DNA of 33,032 nt from Diploschistes diacapsis (taxonomy: Eukaryota): NCBI GenBank assembly GCA_023645945.1, contig JALAIB010000093.1, positions 1 through 33,032 on the forward strand. Reading direction: 5' to 3'. Under the pieces are notes generated by a model. The model did not search any database. It saw only the letters and a program-made list of their open reading frames with translations, and was not told where the DNA came from. Position numbers and translations under genes: made by a program. Shown here one piece after another: positions 12,022-24,028 of the stretch. Every line of letters begins with the position of its first letter. The first letter of the stretch is position 1.

Positions 12022-12824
12022 TCTCGTCGAGCGGGGCGTAAGCTTGGAATGCGGGATAGCAAAGGCAAAGCGACGGGCAAGCACCCCGCGTGTCAGTGAC
12101 CGGAAAACGTGAGCTGCCAGCTTAGTCGCGAAAATGTAACGGACAGAGAAAGCAGCACAAAGAATTGGAATTGATCGAGTAAATTCTCGTGCAAGCTTTA
12201 CGTGTATAGCTGCCCTTCAACTGAGTCCATAGTCAGGAAGACCTGGGCGTGAGAGTCAACAGCCGCAAGTAACTGCTAAGCGAGATTTCTAACGGCTAGC
12301 GCGGTATTTGAAAACCAGGGGGGCACCATGATGGATGGGATACTATACTGGAAGGCGTCAAAGAAGCCCATGGATTTTGCTCGGGAAGTACTATTGGCAT
12401 CATTTCGCCCATCATGCCATGTAGTATATAAACATAAAACATACCAGCGGTTGTTAAAAACCTCCTCGATAGAAGGAGGGCAACTCGAACCCACCAGTCG
12501 TCAGGGGCTTCCTTCCCGAAAAGGAAATTTTCGGGTTGCTGTCTCTACTACCTCCTTTCCCCCTCCCCCCGGAACAGTTTCCGGTACAGTGCCCAAAGAT
12601 TTTGGGAGGCAGTCGCCCGTTGCTTATCGCAACCATGTGATTTATGGTGCCGTGGGCTTTTCTTATTTCATCTCACTGTCTGCCTCTCTCATTCCTTTCC
12701 CTCTTCCAGTTTCCTCCCCAAAGTCCTCGACCACTTCAGCCAGTATTCGTTTTGAGGCCCTGGTCGAATTCTTCATCGTATTGTCTGTCTCAGCATCGAC
12801 TATTGTCTTTACTATATCAGCAAC

Positions 12825-13936
12825 ATGAGCAACGCAGCAGCCGCCATGGCCCAAAAGTTCACGTAAGTATTTTCTCCACCACAAATTTCAAAGTCAAGAA
12901 CCTGAGCTGATTGCATGACCAGCGAGAAAAGCGGTGTGAAGGATACCACAGTGAGCGTATGATGAAGCTGCTGGTTTGATTCATATTCCCAAGACTTGTC
13001 TCACGTTTCTTCAGGAGACAGTGGCACCAGCAGTCACACAAGAGACTGTTGTTCCTACGAAGCATGAAGAAGCCACCGTAGCTCTCGATCGCGAGATCCA
13101 TCAAGACCACTACCACACGTCCGTGCTTCCAATCGAGGACCACGTAGTCCTACCAGAGAAACACAAGCATGTTGTGCATGACGTTCAGCTCAAGGAGCAT
13201 CAGCACGGTGATGCTGGAGCTCTCAAGCGGCTGCTCGAAGAAGAAAATGCCAGATTCAAAGACATCAAAACAGAAGCCGAGGCCGTCGTCAGTCGGAAAG
13301 AGGCTCCGACCTTAACAGGAGAGCATGTCCACCACCACGTTCACGAGGTCATTCAGCCGGTAATTCAGAAAGAGACAGTTGTGCCGACTGTTATCCACAC
13401 CACTATTGTGAGTTGCCGACCCCTTCAAGCCGTGCAGCAGTTGATAGCTGTAGCCCATACGTGAGGTCCACCACAATGAAGCCAAGCATCACTCTGCAAC
13501 TTCTTTACCTCCAATCTCACTGAACGAGTTCCAGAAGCAAGGGGGGAGCCTCACGGGAAGGGAAGTAAGGACTGAGACATTTGCCGGCGAACCTCGTGCG
13601 GCTGGTACAACGACTTCGGCTGCCACCTCCAACGTAGCCTCTTCCACGAATGCCAATGTGGCCAAGAGTGCTGGTAGCAACGCGGTTCCCAGTACTGGCG
13701 CCAACGTGGGCTCCAGTGCTATTTCTAGCGCTAGCTCCATTGCCGGTCCCAATGCTATGATCAACAACAAAGATCGAGGCGCACGTACCAATGCCGCTCA
13801 GATTACACCACCAGGAGCTTTTCCTACCGCGGGTCCGACCACCAAGGCTAGCTCAACGTCTGCAAACGATCAAGCGTCTGACAAGGGCCTTGTCCAAACC
13901 GTGAAGGACATGTTGAAAGGTTCGAAGGATGCCTAG
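12825..13936 (+). CDS. Conserved fungal His-rich protein of unknown function (family often annotated 'allergen')
   Basis: Motifs ETVAPAVTQETV, DREIHQDHYHT, GEHVHHHVHEVIQPVIQKET, VHHNEAKHH and EFQKQGGSL.GR. In-frame GT-AG introns at 12863-12922, 12957-13014 and 13408-13454. Confidence 0.8.
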
Positions 13937-14291
13937 GTGACAAAGGTACTAGCATTGAGCGTAGGGAGGAAGGAAGAAGCTGCTTGACAAGCCCAGAACC
14001 TAGGAACTTTTTGTTAGGGCGTGTTGCGTACTTGCACGAGGACTAGACGTATGGAGTTGTTAACTGCAGAGTCTTTAGAATGAGAATGGTTCAGTCGAGC
14101 ATTGAGTGGGGCAGTACTAGTAAGACCGAGTCCCTGTGTTTGCCGTCATAAGAGAAAGCTATTCCTGCAATAATCTTTTAATATTTCTGCTATTTACCAA
14201 GAATAATTAATACCATGGTAATGGAGGCACAAGTACAATTGAGCAGGTATTACGGAACAACCTGCCCAAACAGCGAAATCGCAGCAAACCC

Positions 14292-16098
14292 TCATCTCTT
14301 TCCAAAGAAAGAGGTGATGTTTCCCTGTCCTGGCTTTCCAGCACTCTTCTTCCCCTTGGCAGCAGACGAAGAAGGAAGCGACTTAGGTTTGGGCAGAGGC
14401 GCTGGCTCTTCCTCCGAGAAGCTTTCCCACACGGGTTCTTCCTTAGTAACTAGCACACAGGGTCAGCCATATTCATGTCGATCATTGGGGGGGAACAATA
14501 CCTAGATAGCCCTCTGCATCTTTCGTCGTCTTCTTCTTCATGACTTTCCGCCTTCCTCTTCGTCGGCCGCCTGAGACGCTTACCGTTGGCTGCTCCTCTT
14601 CCGACTTCTGGCTTTTCGGGGCGTCGAGGGCTTCTGGCTCGGCTTCCTCCTCCGCGTCTTCGTCTTCTTGCTTCTCGGTAGCATCACCCATTAGTTCATC
14701 TAGATAAGCGATGAGTACAATAAGTCAATGGTCAATGTGCAACCTGCCTTCGTCGTCTTCCATCATTTTCTTTAGCTTCGCTTCTCGTGTGAGCCTGGCG
14801 TCCCGTAATGCTGTCGATTCCTGATTTGTCGCCAGTCTCTCAAGCTCTTCCTCTTCTGAGTCATCGTCCATGACCGCTATGTAGCAGTTAGCACTTATTG
14901 CTGTTGAACGAATGTCTCTTATTCTTCACCATCTTGCTGATCATCTGGTGTTTCCTACATCATGTCAGACAACTCTTCTGTCGGTATTGTAACGTCGACT
15001 TACCGGACGGGACGCTTCACGGCTTGCGACCGAACTGCCGGTATCTTCTCGCCTGACCTTTGGCTGAGACTTGGCAAAAGCCTTGAAAAGATCCGATTTC
15101 TCTCGCTTTACAGGTACAGGCGGGGATTTGCTGGACTTTGCCATTGGCTCATTCTTCCCTTCCTGCTTTGGTTTCGTCTGGGTTGATAGTGCTGGCGTCG
15201 ACTCCTTCGAAGTGAATTTCGTTGTCTGTTTTTGTGAGCCATGGGAGGCTTTCGGAGGAGCCCTTGCAACAGGGACGGGAATAGGAGGTCTCGCTCCTGT
15301 TCTTCGCTATAACTGAGTCAGAGTCTATGCTGGGCCCAACAAAGTTTGTAACATCAAGACTTGCCTTGACATTTGGATTTTGAATGACACCATAAGTCTT
15401 ATTATGTACCAGAGGATCTTCACTGGCGAACTCCGCCACTATCCCTTGCGTCACGTTTGACAGGATTTGTAGATTCTAGAATGTATGAGTACCTGTTCTC
15501 TAGGTTTCAGAGGGCACCCATCACCTTGATCGTACTAGGCCCTAAGCTATACATATGAATAGACGAGATTTCGGCATACTTTTTCTTCACAGCTGCAGAT
15601 ACTTAGTTCTGTCAATTAGAGACTACTCTGTCTGTCGCCTTACCGTCAAGGTGCTCTTCTCTCGCTAGAGTAATGACTTGTTGCTTCAGAGGTTCCTCTG
15701 GGGGCTTTTCAGAATGTATTGGACTACTCATGTAAGGACTACTCTGCATCGTAATGTCTCCGTCTCCATCGGCAACTCCATTCATAGCGTCAGACGAGGA
15801 GGTCACGATTTGAGTTCCGGTCAACAAGTAGGTTGCATGGACGGAGCCTGGCTTCTTGCTATTTTGCTGGCGGTGGAACTCGTATAGCATTCTACAACAT
15901 GTTAAAAGTATCCCAATAGACAATAAAAGAGGTCCACTTCTTCGCGGCATTGCTCTGGACTTTCAACGCCCTGCTGAGTAGACGGTACGTTACCTAGCTA
16001 ACGTTATCTCCCAAACCTAGGTACAAGACCTTGAAACTCACAATACGTTCTTCACTAAGTATCTCAGCCGCAAGGTACTCTTTATACTCCGAGCCCAT
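14292..16098 (-). CDS. POL32: DNA polymerase delta subunit 3 (Cdc27/Pol32), 10 exons
   Basis: N-terminal VTYRLLSRALKV and MLYEFH...VHATYLLTG; GRRRGRRKVMKKKTTKDAEGYLVTKEEPVWESFSE; C-terminal PCNA PIP box QGNITSFF. Nine introns give a continuous frame, two of them with GC donors. Confidence 0.92.
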
Positions 16099-16176
16099 GC
16101 TTGCTCTTCTGCTAGATTAGCTGTCTGGTTAACATTTCGCTTGAGCTTGGGGTGAACGTGAAGGGAAAGTCAATAT

Positions 16177-16193
16177 ACGCGAGATAGTCGCGT
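16177..16193. promoter_or_regulatory. Inverted pair of MCB-like elements (ACGCGA-N5-TCGCGT) in the POL32/RAD18 divergent promoter
   Basis: The palindrome is seen directly in the 264-bp intergenic gap. The CGCG core resembles Mbp1/MBF sites. Function is inferred. Confidence 0.5.
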
Positions 16194-16362
16194 CACCCGA
16201 ATTTCTCGGTCCGATCTTTGCCGGCCTGCCTATATCCAACAACTACCTCTGTAGAAATCACAAAGGCACCAGTTTCCATACATAGTTTCTTTGCCTGTCA
16301 GCTTTGCAGTTATAGGGGCCAAAAAATCGATTGAGTATTTAGAAATTTTTTTGGTTAAGAAT

Positions 16363-17731
16363 ATGGCGCCCTCCACGGACGAAGTCCCCGACTCAACAGA
16401 CTGGCTCTCCACCCCCGTCTCTTCTCTCCACGCCGTCGAAGCCGGCCTTCGCTGCCAAATCTGCAAGGACTTCTATGACGCCCCCGTCATAACGACCTGC
16501 TCGCACACCTTCTGCTCGGCCTGCATTCGGCGCAGCCTATCTGCCGTGAACGCGCAGAAGAAATGCCCCCTCTGCTGGGCTCCGTTCGATGAGCGGCAGT
16601 TGCGAAAGAATACCATTGTTGAGGATTTGGTGAGGGCGTTTAGGGAGGCGAGACCGCAGATCTTGGAACTTGGGAGGAGAAGTTTGGAGGGCCAGAGAGA
16701 AGGAAAGGGGCCGGATGCGAAGAATGGGAGGAAGAGGAAATTAGAGCAGTTTCAAGAGGGCGCTGGTGGGCCATCTCCAAGGAAGACAAGGGCACAGAGT
16801 AGGAGGAAGGCGGTTGTGCACTCGTCTGTGTCGCCTGAACCATATGAGTCGCTTGAAGGCGAGGACAACAAGGATAAGGATTTTCAGCCAGGTTTGTTGA
16901 GTGATTTGTTTACCTGGCGTCCGCTTACTGAGCCCAAGATGATGGCCTCGCTGCTTGTCCGATATGTCAGAAGAGGATGCCAGAGGCACAAGTGTTTACA
17001 CATTTAGACATACATCAGGGTAGTGAGCAAGCCAAGACGCGAAGCAAAGTGTCACCGCTCGAGTATATCCAGTTTTCCCCTTCATTGATGCTAAGCTAAT
17101 TGATCATAGACTAGCTACACTTCCATCACGCTCGCAAGGAACGACTCCGGACATGAAGCCTTTACCGACCTTGACGTACCATTTACTTAGTGAGACTCAA
17201 TTGCGGAAGAAATTGGCCGAACTCGGCATTCTTAACTCGGGACCTAAACCAACAATGATCCGGAGGCACACAGAATGGCGCAACCTTGTCAATGCCAATT
17301 GCGACTCTTCCAATCCAAAATCAAAGCGCGAGCTTCTTCAAGACCTTAAGGAGTGGGAAAAAGCACAGGGAAACGGCAATGTCGGATCTGGTACCTTCAA
17401 GCAAAACAAAGGCACTTTAGTAATGGAGAAGGACTTTGACCGGGACGCTTGGTCGCAGAACCATGGTACCAACTTTCGCGACTTGATAGCACGGGCTCGC
17501 GCCAAAGCGAAGAAGTCTGACAGCGACGAACAGACCGGATCCGAACGTGCGAGTAGCAGAGAGTTACAAAACGGTGATACTTCAGTAGGTCCAGCGGATC
17601 CAATACCAGACGCTTTTCCAACACCGAACGGGTCTCAACCAAGGAGCTCGAGCGTTGTTGATTTGGACAAACAAGAGGTTTTGAACATGTTAGGCCCCTT
17701 AAGCGGAAATAAAACCGTCGTAGAGAGCTGA
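16363..17731 (+). CDS. RAD18: Post-replication repair E3 ubiquitin ligase RAD18 (RING, UBZ zinc finger, SAP)
   Basis: DSTDWLSTP, RING LRCQICKDFY...CSHTFCSACIRR...CPLC, UBZ CPICQKRM...HLD, SAP LRKKLAELGI..G.K...RH.EW.NL.NANCDS. Introns at 16892-16938 and 17063-17109 are in frame. Confidence 0.95.
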
Positions 17732-17857
17732 AACCGTGACCACTCGGTCTTCATGGTCAAGAAATGACGCGGTTCAAGAATCAGTTCAAGTGACGGTTCT
17801 GTTATGATACCCAGGCGAGACACTTAAGAGATCGTCGCGCTTCAGGTACCGCTGAGT

Positions 17858-19566
17858 CTACGCACTACCGCCTGAAATACGATACGGTTCCGCGCCATCA
17901 CCGAAGAGCAAGTAGGGCTTTCGAGCGGCCACGTCGAGGATGGTCTGAGCAAAAATGGAATTTGCCCAGGCGAACCAACTTCGAGTGTAATCGCTAGGCA
18001 TCTGGACGTTAACACTTTCATGCACGAGGCCGGCCCTGCTAGAGTTGGTAACAGCAATGATGCTGGCCATGATTTCCTCGTCATCGTCACTGGTCATGGC
18101 TTGCACCAGCCGACTCATTGGCCAGGCGTGCTTTAGGCCGATGTGCGGTCCACCAATACCTGCAAAGCCCTTCCCTTTGAGGTAGTAAGGATTGCCACTC
18201 CGGTCGAGAATCATTTTTCTCGTATTTTGATAGACCTCATCTCCTTGGTCAACAAAGCCTAGCAGAGGAATAGATAGGAGTGACGGCAGATTGGCATCAT
18301 CCATCATGATGTGAGAACCATAGCCGTCTGTTTCAAAGGCATAGACGTCACCGTACAACTTGTGCTTGAAGATGCCATGTTCACGAATGCCATTTTCAAT
18401 GCCAATGGCCCACTCGTTTAATTCCTGAGCCTGCTCGTCCATGCCCACCGTGGAAAGAATTGCCGCTGTTCTTCGAAGCTCCACAGCCATCATCGCATTC
18501 GCTGGAATGAAGTATGGGAGGACTGTCGCATCATCACTGGGCCTGAAAGCACTGCGAATCAGCCCAACATCACCCTTGACAGGATTTCCCAGGCCCATCA
18601 AACTAAGTGTCTCCGAGCCAGAAGTTGTATGCCTTCGGAAGGTATACTCGTTTGAGAGGAACTGACCGGTCGTCGAATTGAAAGAGCCCATCGACTGCTG
18701 TTTTAATACGGCCATAAGCATCCGCAACGCAGTCGTCCAACGTTTGGTGATGAATGCCGCAGACTTGCTGTGCTTATGGTACTCGTTTCCAAGTTTAAGG
18801 AAGTGGGCAAGAGAATCCAACTCGTACTTGCACTCGAACACCACGTTGACATCAAATGTCGGACGAACTATATCTTCAGGTCCGTTATCAGACACTGGGA
18901 GTCCACTTGGCGGGGGAGGCTGAAAAGCATTGCAGTAAGGAGATTGGATAATATATTCTGCCTGTGTGTTGATAGCACCCAGGATCAGGTTGGAGAGGGT
19001 TTCATCTTGAGGAGCCAATGCCTGGTAACCCTGCAATTGGTTGGTCGAATCTCTCAGCCATTCGGCCGTAATATCACCAGTAACGATAAAAGTCTGAGGA
19101 CCCTGCCAATCGCCAAAGGCGCTCAAAGGATATTGATGGCGTCGTTGCTTTGTCTTTTTCGTACCCTCGCCCTGCTCATTTATGTGCCACGAGACAGTGG
19201 TATCTAGGGTATTAGGAAAGGCGTTCTCGAACAGTCGCGCTATATCCGCATCCTTTATCCGGCTATTCATGTCCTCGATGACCTTTTCGACAGCCGGGGA
19301 AGTAAAGGTTCTACATGGCAGTGCTGGTCTTTGAAACGGAAGAGCGAGGGGGCCTTTGCTCAGCGGCGCACTAAGAGAGTTAGCCTGTTAGAATAATGTG
19401 CATGGCCATTTGCATACTGAGATGTTGCAGCATATTGGTGGTAATTTGGGCAGGCGCGCTGTGATGTTTGCTCGCTATGAGGAATAATGGGCGCCGCTGC
19501 TGCCGCCCATATGATGTTGATAGCGATAGCGGTAGTGATGAACTTCCAAATAGCCAGGAGCGCCAT
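17858..19566 (-). CDS. Secreted glycoside hydrolase family 125 (exo-alpha-1,6-mannosidase-like)
   Basis: LFENAFPNTLDTT, TGDI.AEWLRDS, FECKYELDSL, SAFRPSDDA, MDDANLPSLL and YTRSWFAWANS. Hydrophobic signal peptide and in-frame intron 19371-19417. Confidence 0.92.
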
Positions 19567-20363
19567 TGCTCTAAGACTCTTGCAGACACAACCCTTTGAC
19601 TGTGGTCTTCAAGCCTTCAAACCTAGCATACCAGACACACTTTCCGATTAAATGAATGATGGATAACGCATCCAGTAATGAGCGACTTGATAGGCATTTA
19701 ATTCATAGCATGACGACTAGTATTGCCCATAGACAGTTATCGGAAAGAGAGTCCCAATCCCACTTGATCCGCTGCAGTGCGTGAAGCAATGCAACCCTTT
19801 GCCTCGGAGTTCACGATAAGTTCAAGTTATGTAGCAGCTAAGCAGTTAGTAGCTCCGTGGCTTAACTCCGTCACTGCACAGAACAGCAAAAAACTGTCAT
19901 GCGTCATACCAAATATCAAATATATGGCAGAATTGCACGCAAGCGCTAATCGTTCCCTCCTGCGCGTCTCTCGCAGCTCAGTTTATACTTCCTTACTTCC
20001 TTTAAAGTTGCAAAGCAAAAAGGCTCTGTGGCCGAAAACTCAAAACATCTTTGTTTCAGGCTTAACGTAGGTTACAATCCCATCCACGTGAAGCTCTAGT
20101 AGTGGTGTATCTGCTCTCTCAAAGAGACATCATATTGAGATCAACACATCGATTGCAGGAAGGAGCATCTAACATTAGTCATAGGATCTTCGTCAATCTA
20201 TGCAATCCTCAAACTTAGTTCATCCGTGAATAAGCTCGCGAGTCTGCGAGCAGCTTTAACAGTAGTCAAGATTCACTCCCACACAGATCTTCCGGTAGCG
20301 GATCGGACAACCGCAAATAAACGCAAAACATTTGCTGAGGACTTAGCTCCTTCAAAGAAAGTC

Positions 20364-23300
20364 ATGACGGATACGAAGATGGACCTCGACGGTTCGCTTC
20401 CCGAGAGCGTTGAGCAGCCGCAAGATATCGATGAGTCTCTATACAGCCGACAGCTCTATGTTCTTGGACACGAGGCCATGAAGCGTATGGGCGCATCCCA
20501 CGTCCTGATCGCTGGTATGAGAGGACTCGGCGTTGAAATAGGTTTGTGGATACTTTCATTAGCCACAGGGTCATAATCTGATACTGTTCACAGCCAAGAA
20601 CATTGCACTTGCCGGCGTCAAGTCTCTTACACTCTTCGACCCGGCCCCGACTGCTGTTTCGGATCTATCATCGCAGTTTTTCTTACATCCAGAGGATATC
20701 GGAAAGCCGCGTGCGGAAGTCACAGCCCCAAGAGTTGCGGAGCTTAACGCCTATACCCCTGTTTCGGTTCACAAGGCAAAGAGTCTCACACAGGATCTGA
20801 CCCAACTCAAGCAATATCAAGTGGTGGTGCTCACCATAACGCCTCGGGAAGCGCAGAGAATTATTGCCGATTATTGTCATGCAAATGGTATTTACGTCGT
20901 GATTACAGAAATGTTTGGGCTCTTCGGCTCAATCTTCACGGATTTTGGTGAAAACTTCGTGTGCGTCGATCCAACGGGCGAGACTCCGCTGAGCGGGATC
21001 GTTGCGGGAATCGACACTGATGGTCTGGTATCGGTACTCGACGAAACAAGGCATGGGCTGGAGGATGGTGACTATGTTACTTTTTCTGAAATCGAAGGCA
21101 TGGAAAAGCTCAACGATGCAGAGCCTAGGAAGATCACTGTGAATGGTCCATACACTTTCTCTATTGGGGACGTATCTGGACTAGGCAATTATAAGCGTGG
21201 TGGTCTCTATACTCAAGTCAAGATGCCCAAAACCATCAAATTTCAGTCATACTCTGAGCAGCTCGAAAACCCCGAACATGTCTTTTCTGACTTTGCAAAA
21301 TTTGATCGCCCACCGCAGCTACATGTCGGTTTCCAAGCCCTACACGAATTTGCGGAGCACCACAATTGGGAGTTACCTAGACCACATAACGAGGAAGATG
21401 CCGCAGAATTATTTCAGCTCGCCCAGGCCCTAAAGGGCAAGTCGGGGGACAACTCGGAACTTGATAAGAAACTTATCAAAGAGCTCAGTTACCAGGCGCG
21501 CGGTGACCTTAGTCCAATGGCAGCGCTCTTCGGTGGACTGGCGGCTCAGGAGGTTTTGAAGTCCGTCTCAGGAAAGTTTCACCCGGTTGTTCAATGGATG
21601 TATCTTGACTCGTTGGAGTCTCTTCCTGCTTCGGTGGAGAGATCTGAGGCTCTTTGCAAACCCCAAGGTACTCGGTATGACGGACAGATTGCTGTATTCG
21701 GTAGCAAGTTTCAAGAGAAGATTGCCAATGTACGTCAATTTCTCGTCGGCGCAGGTGCCATTGGCTGTGAAATGCTCAAGAACTGGGCTATGATGGGACT
21801 GGCCACCGGACCGAAGGGATCCATTCATATCACAGACATGGATCAGATTGAGAAGAGCAATCTCAACCGACAGTTTCTATTCCGGCCCCAAGACGTGGGA
21901 AAGATGAAGAGCGACTGTGCCACCGAAGCAGTCCAAGCCATGAATCCGGACCTTAAGGGCCACATCACATCAATCAAGGACAGAGTAGGACCCGACACTG
22001 AGCACATTTTCAACGAGGACTTTTGGGAGCGTCTTGACGGTGTAACAAACGCGCTCGACAACGTAGATGCCAGACGGTATGTTGATCGCCGCTGTGTCTT
22101 TTTCAGGAAGCCCTTGCTTGAAAGCGGTACACTAGGTACAAAAGGGAACATCCAGGTAGTGTTGCCCAACTTGACGGAATCCTATTCGAGCTCGCAGGAC
22201 CCACCAGAGCAGTCGTTCCCAATGTGTACTCTCAGGAGCTTCCCCAATAGGATAGAGCACACAATTGCGTGGGCTAGGGACAAATTTCATTCATACTTTG
22301 TTGAGCCCCCTGGGACTGTCAATCTTTACTTGACTCAACCTAACTACCTCGAGAGCACCTTGAAGCAATCTGGCAATGAACTTGGAGGGCTCGAAATTCT
22401 ACGCGATTATCTTGTGACCGAGAAGCCTCTTGGCTTCGACGACTGTATCGTATGGGCTCGACGTATGTTTGAGAAGGAATATAATCATGCTATCGTCCAA
22501 TTGCTCTACAACTTCCCAAGGGACTCCGTTACCTCCACCGGTGTGCCATTCTGGTCCGGTCCGAAGCGTGCTCCCACACCCCTCACGTTTGATGCACAAA
22601 ATCCCGTCCACATGGGCTACATCATCGCTGCCGCTAATCTTCATGCTTTTAACTATGGCATCAAGGCTGGACAATTCGGTCAAGGCCACTACGAGAAAGT
22701 GGTCGCTGACGTATTAATCCCAGAGTTCAATCCCGATCCGAATGTCAAGATTCAAGCCGATGAGAAGGAGCCAGATCCAAATGCTGGCGGTAGACAAACA
22801 GATGACGACCAACTGAGCACCATTGTCAAGCAGCTGCCGTCACCTAAATCCTTACCGGGGTTCAAATTGGAACCTGTGGAATTTGAGAAAGACGACGACA
22901 CAAACCACCACATCGACTTCATAACGGCCGCCAGCAACCTTCGCGCCGAAAACTACAGCATCCCCCTGGCCGACCGCCTCAAGACCAAGTTCATCGCTGG
23001 CAAGATTATACCCGCTATAGCTACGACAACTGCTCTCGTGACAGGCCTCGTAACTCTCGAGCTCTATAAGATTATCGACGGCAAGACGGACATCGAGCAA
23101 TACAAGAACGGCTTCATCAACCTCGCCCTCCCATTCTTCGGCTTCAGCGAGCCGATCGCCAGTCCAAAGGGCGAATACCAGGGCAGCAACGGCACAGTTC
23201 AGATCGACAAGCTATGGGACCGGTTCGAGGTAAAGAACGTGACGCTGAGACAGTTCCTCAAAGACTTTGCGGCCAAGGGGCTGGACGTGTCGATGGTGTC

Positions 23301-23563
23301 GTCGGACGTGAGTCTGCTGTATGCCAGCTTTTACCCGGCGAAGAAGCTGGAGGAGCGGATGGATTTGCCGTGAGTGGACCACGCCCCAACTGGCGGTTGC
23401 AAGGGTTAACGGCTAACACTGTCATAGGCTGGACAAGCTGGTGGAGACGATCAGCAAGAAGCCCATCCCGCCTCACCAGAAGAATGTCATCTTCGAGATT
23501 ACTGCCGACGACCAGAGCGGCGAGGACGTCGAGGTTCCATATGTGATGCTCAAGTTGAGGTAG
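20364..23563 (+). CDS. UBA1: Ubiquitin-activating enzyme E1 (an N-terminally extended isoform is possible)
   Basis: [40 protein letters not shown], catalytic [23 protein letters not shown] and [11 protein letters not shown]. In-frame introns at 20542-20593 and 23370-23427; stop TAG at 23561-23563. Confidence 0.97.
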
Positions 23564-24028
23564 ACAGATGGAGGATAGACGGGAGAGTTGCAAGTAGGTG
23601 ATGGCCGGTTCTTCACTGAGAGTCGGTAGAAATGGCAGGCCTTCTGTTTTTAACGGGCGAATGTTGTATGCATTATATGACATGCGTGACGTTAGAATAT
23701 GCTATAGATGGAGCAATGAATTGCATGCGCACAATCTATTATCAATTGACAATTCCAGTTCCAAGTTTGCTGGTCATTGTTCGCTTTCGAGCTCGCTATT
23801 CATTTACCCAGCGTACATCTCAAAAGGCCCTCAACAATCATATCGAGAAAGAGGCGGTGTACAAAAGTCTGCTCCCGAACAAAACCATAGTGCCACGCTA
23901 GCAGCCCCTGTGTGACCGCGGCGCTCCCCGAAGACTAATACATGGGTCCGAAAAATCTTGTGACAGAAGTCTTCACGGGCCATCCTAGGTGCCTGCATAG
24001 CACGCGCACAAAGGCCGTCCCGATATAT

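Noticed and set aside
12276..12828. 166-aa ORF between ARC1 and the His-rich gene
   Set aside because: Lies in promoter/5' UTR-like pyrimidine-rich sequence with no protein features.
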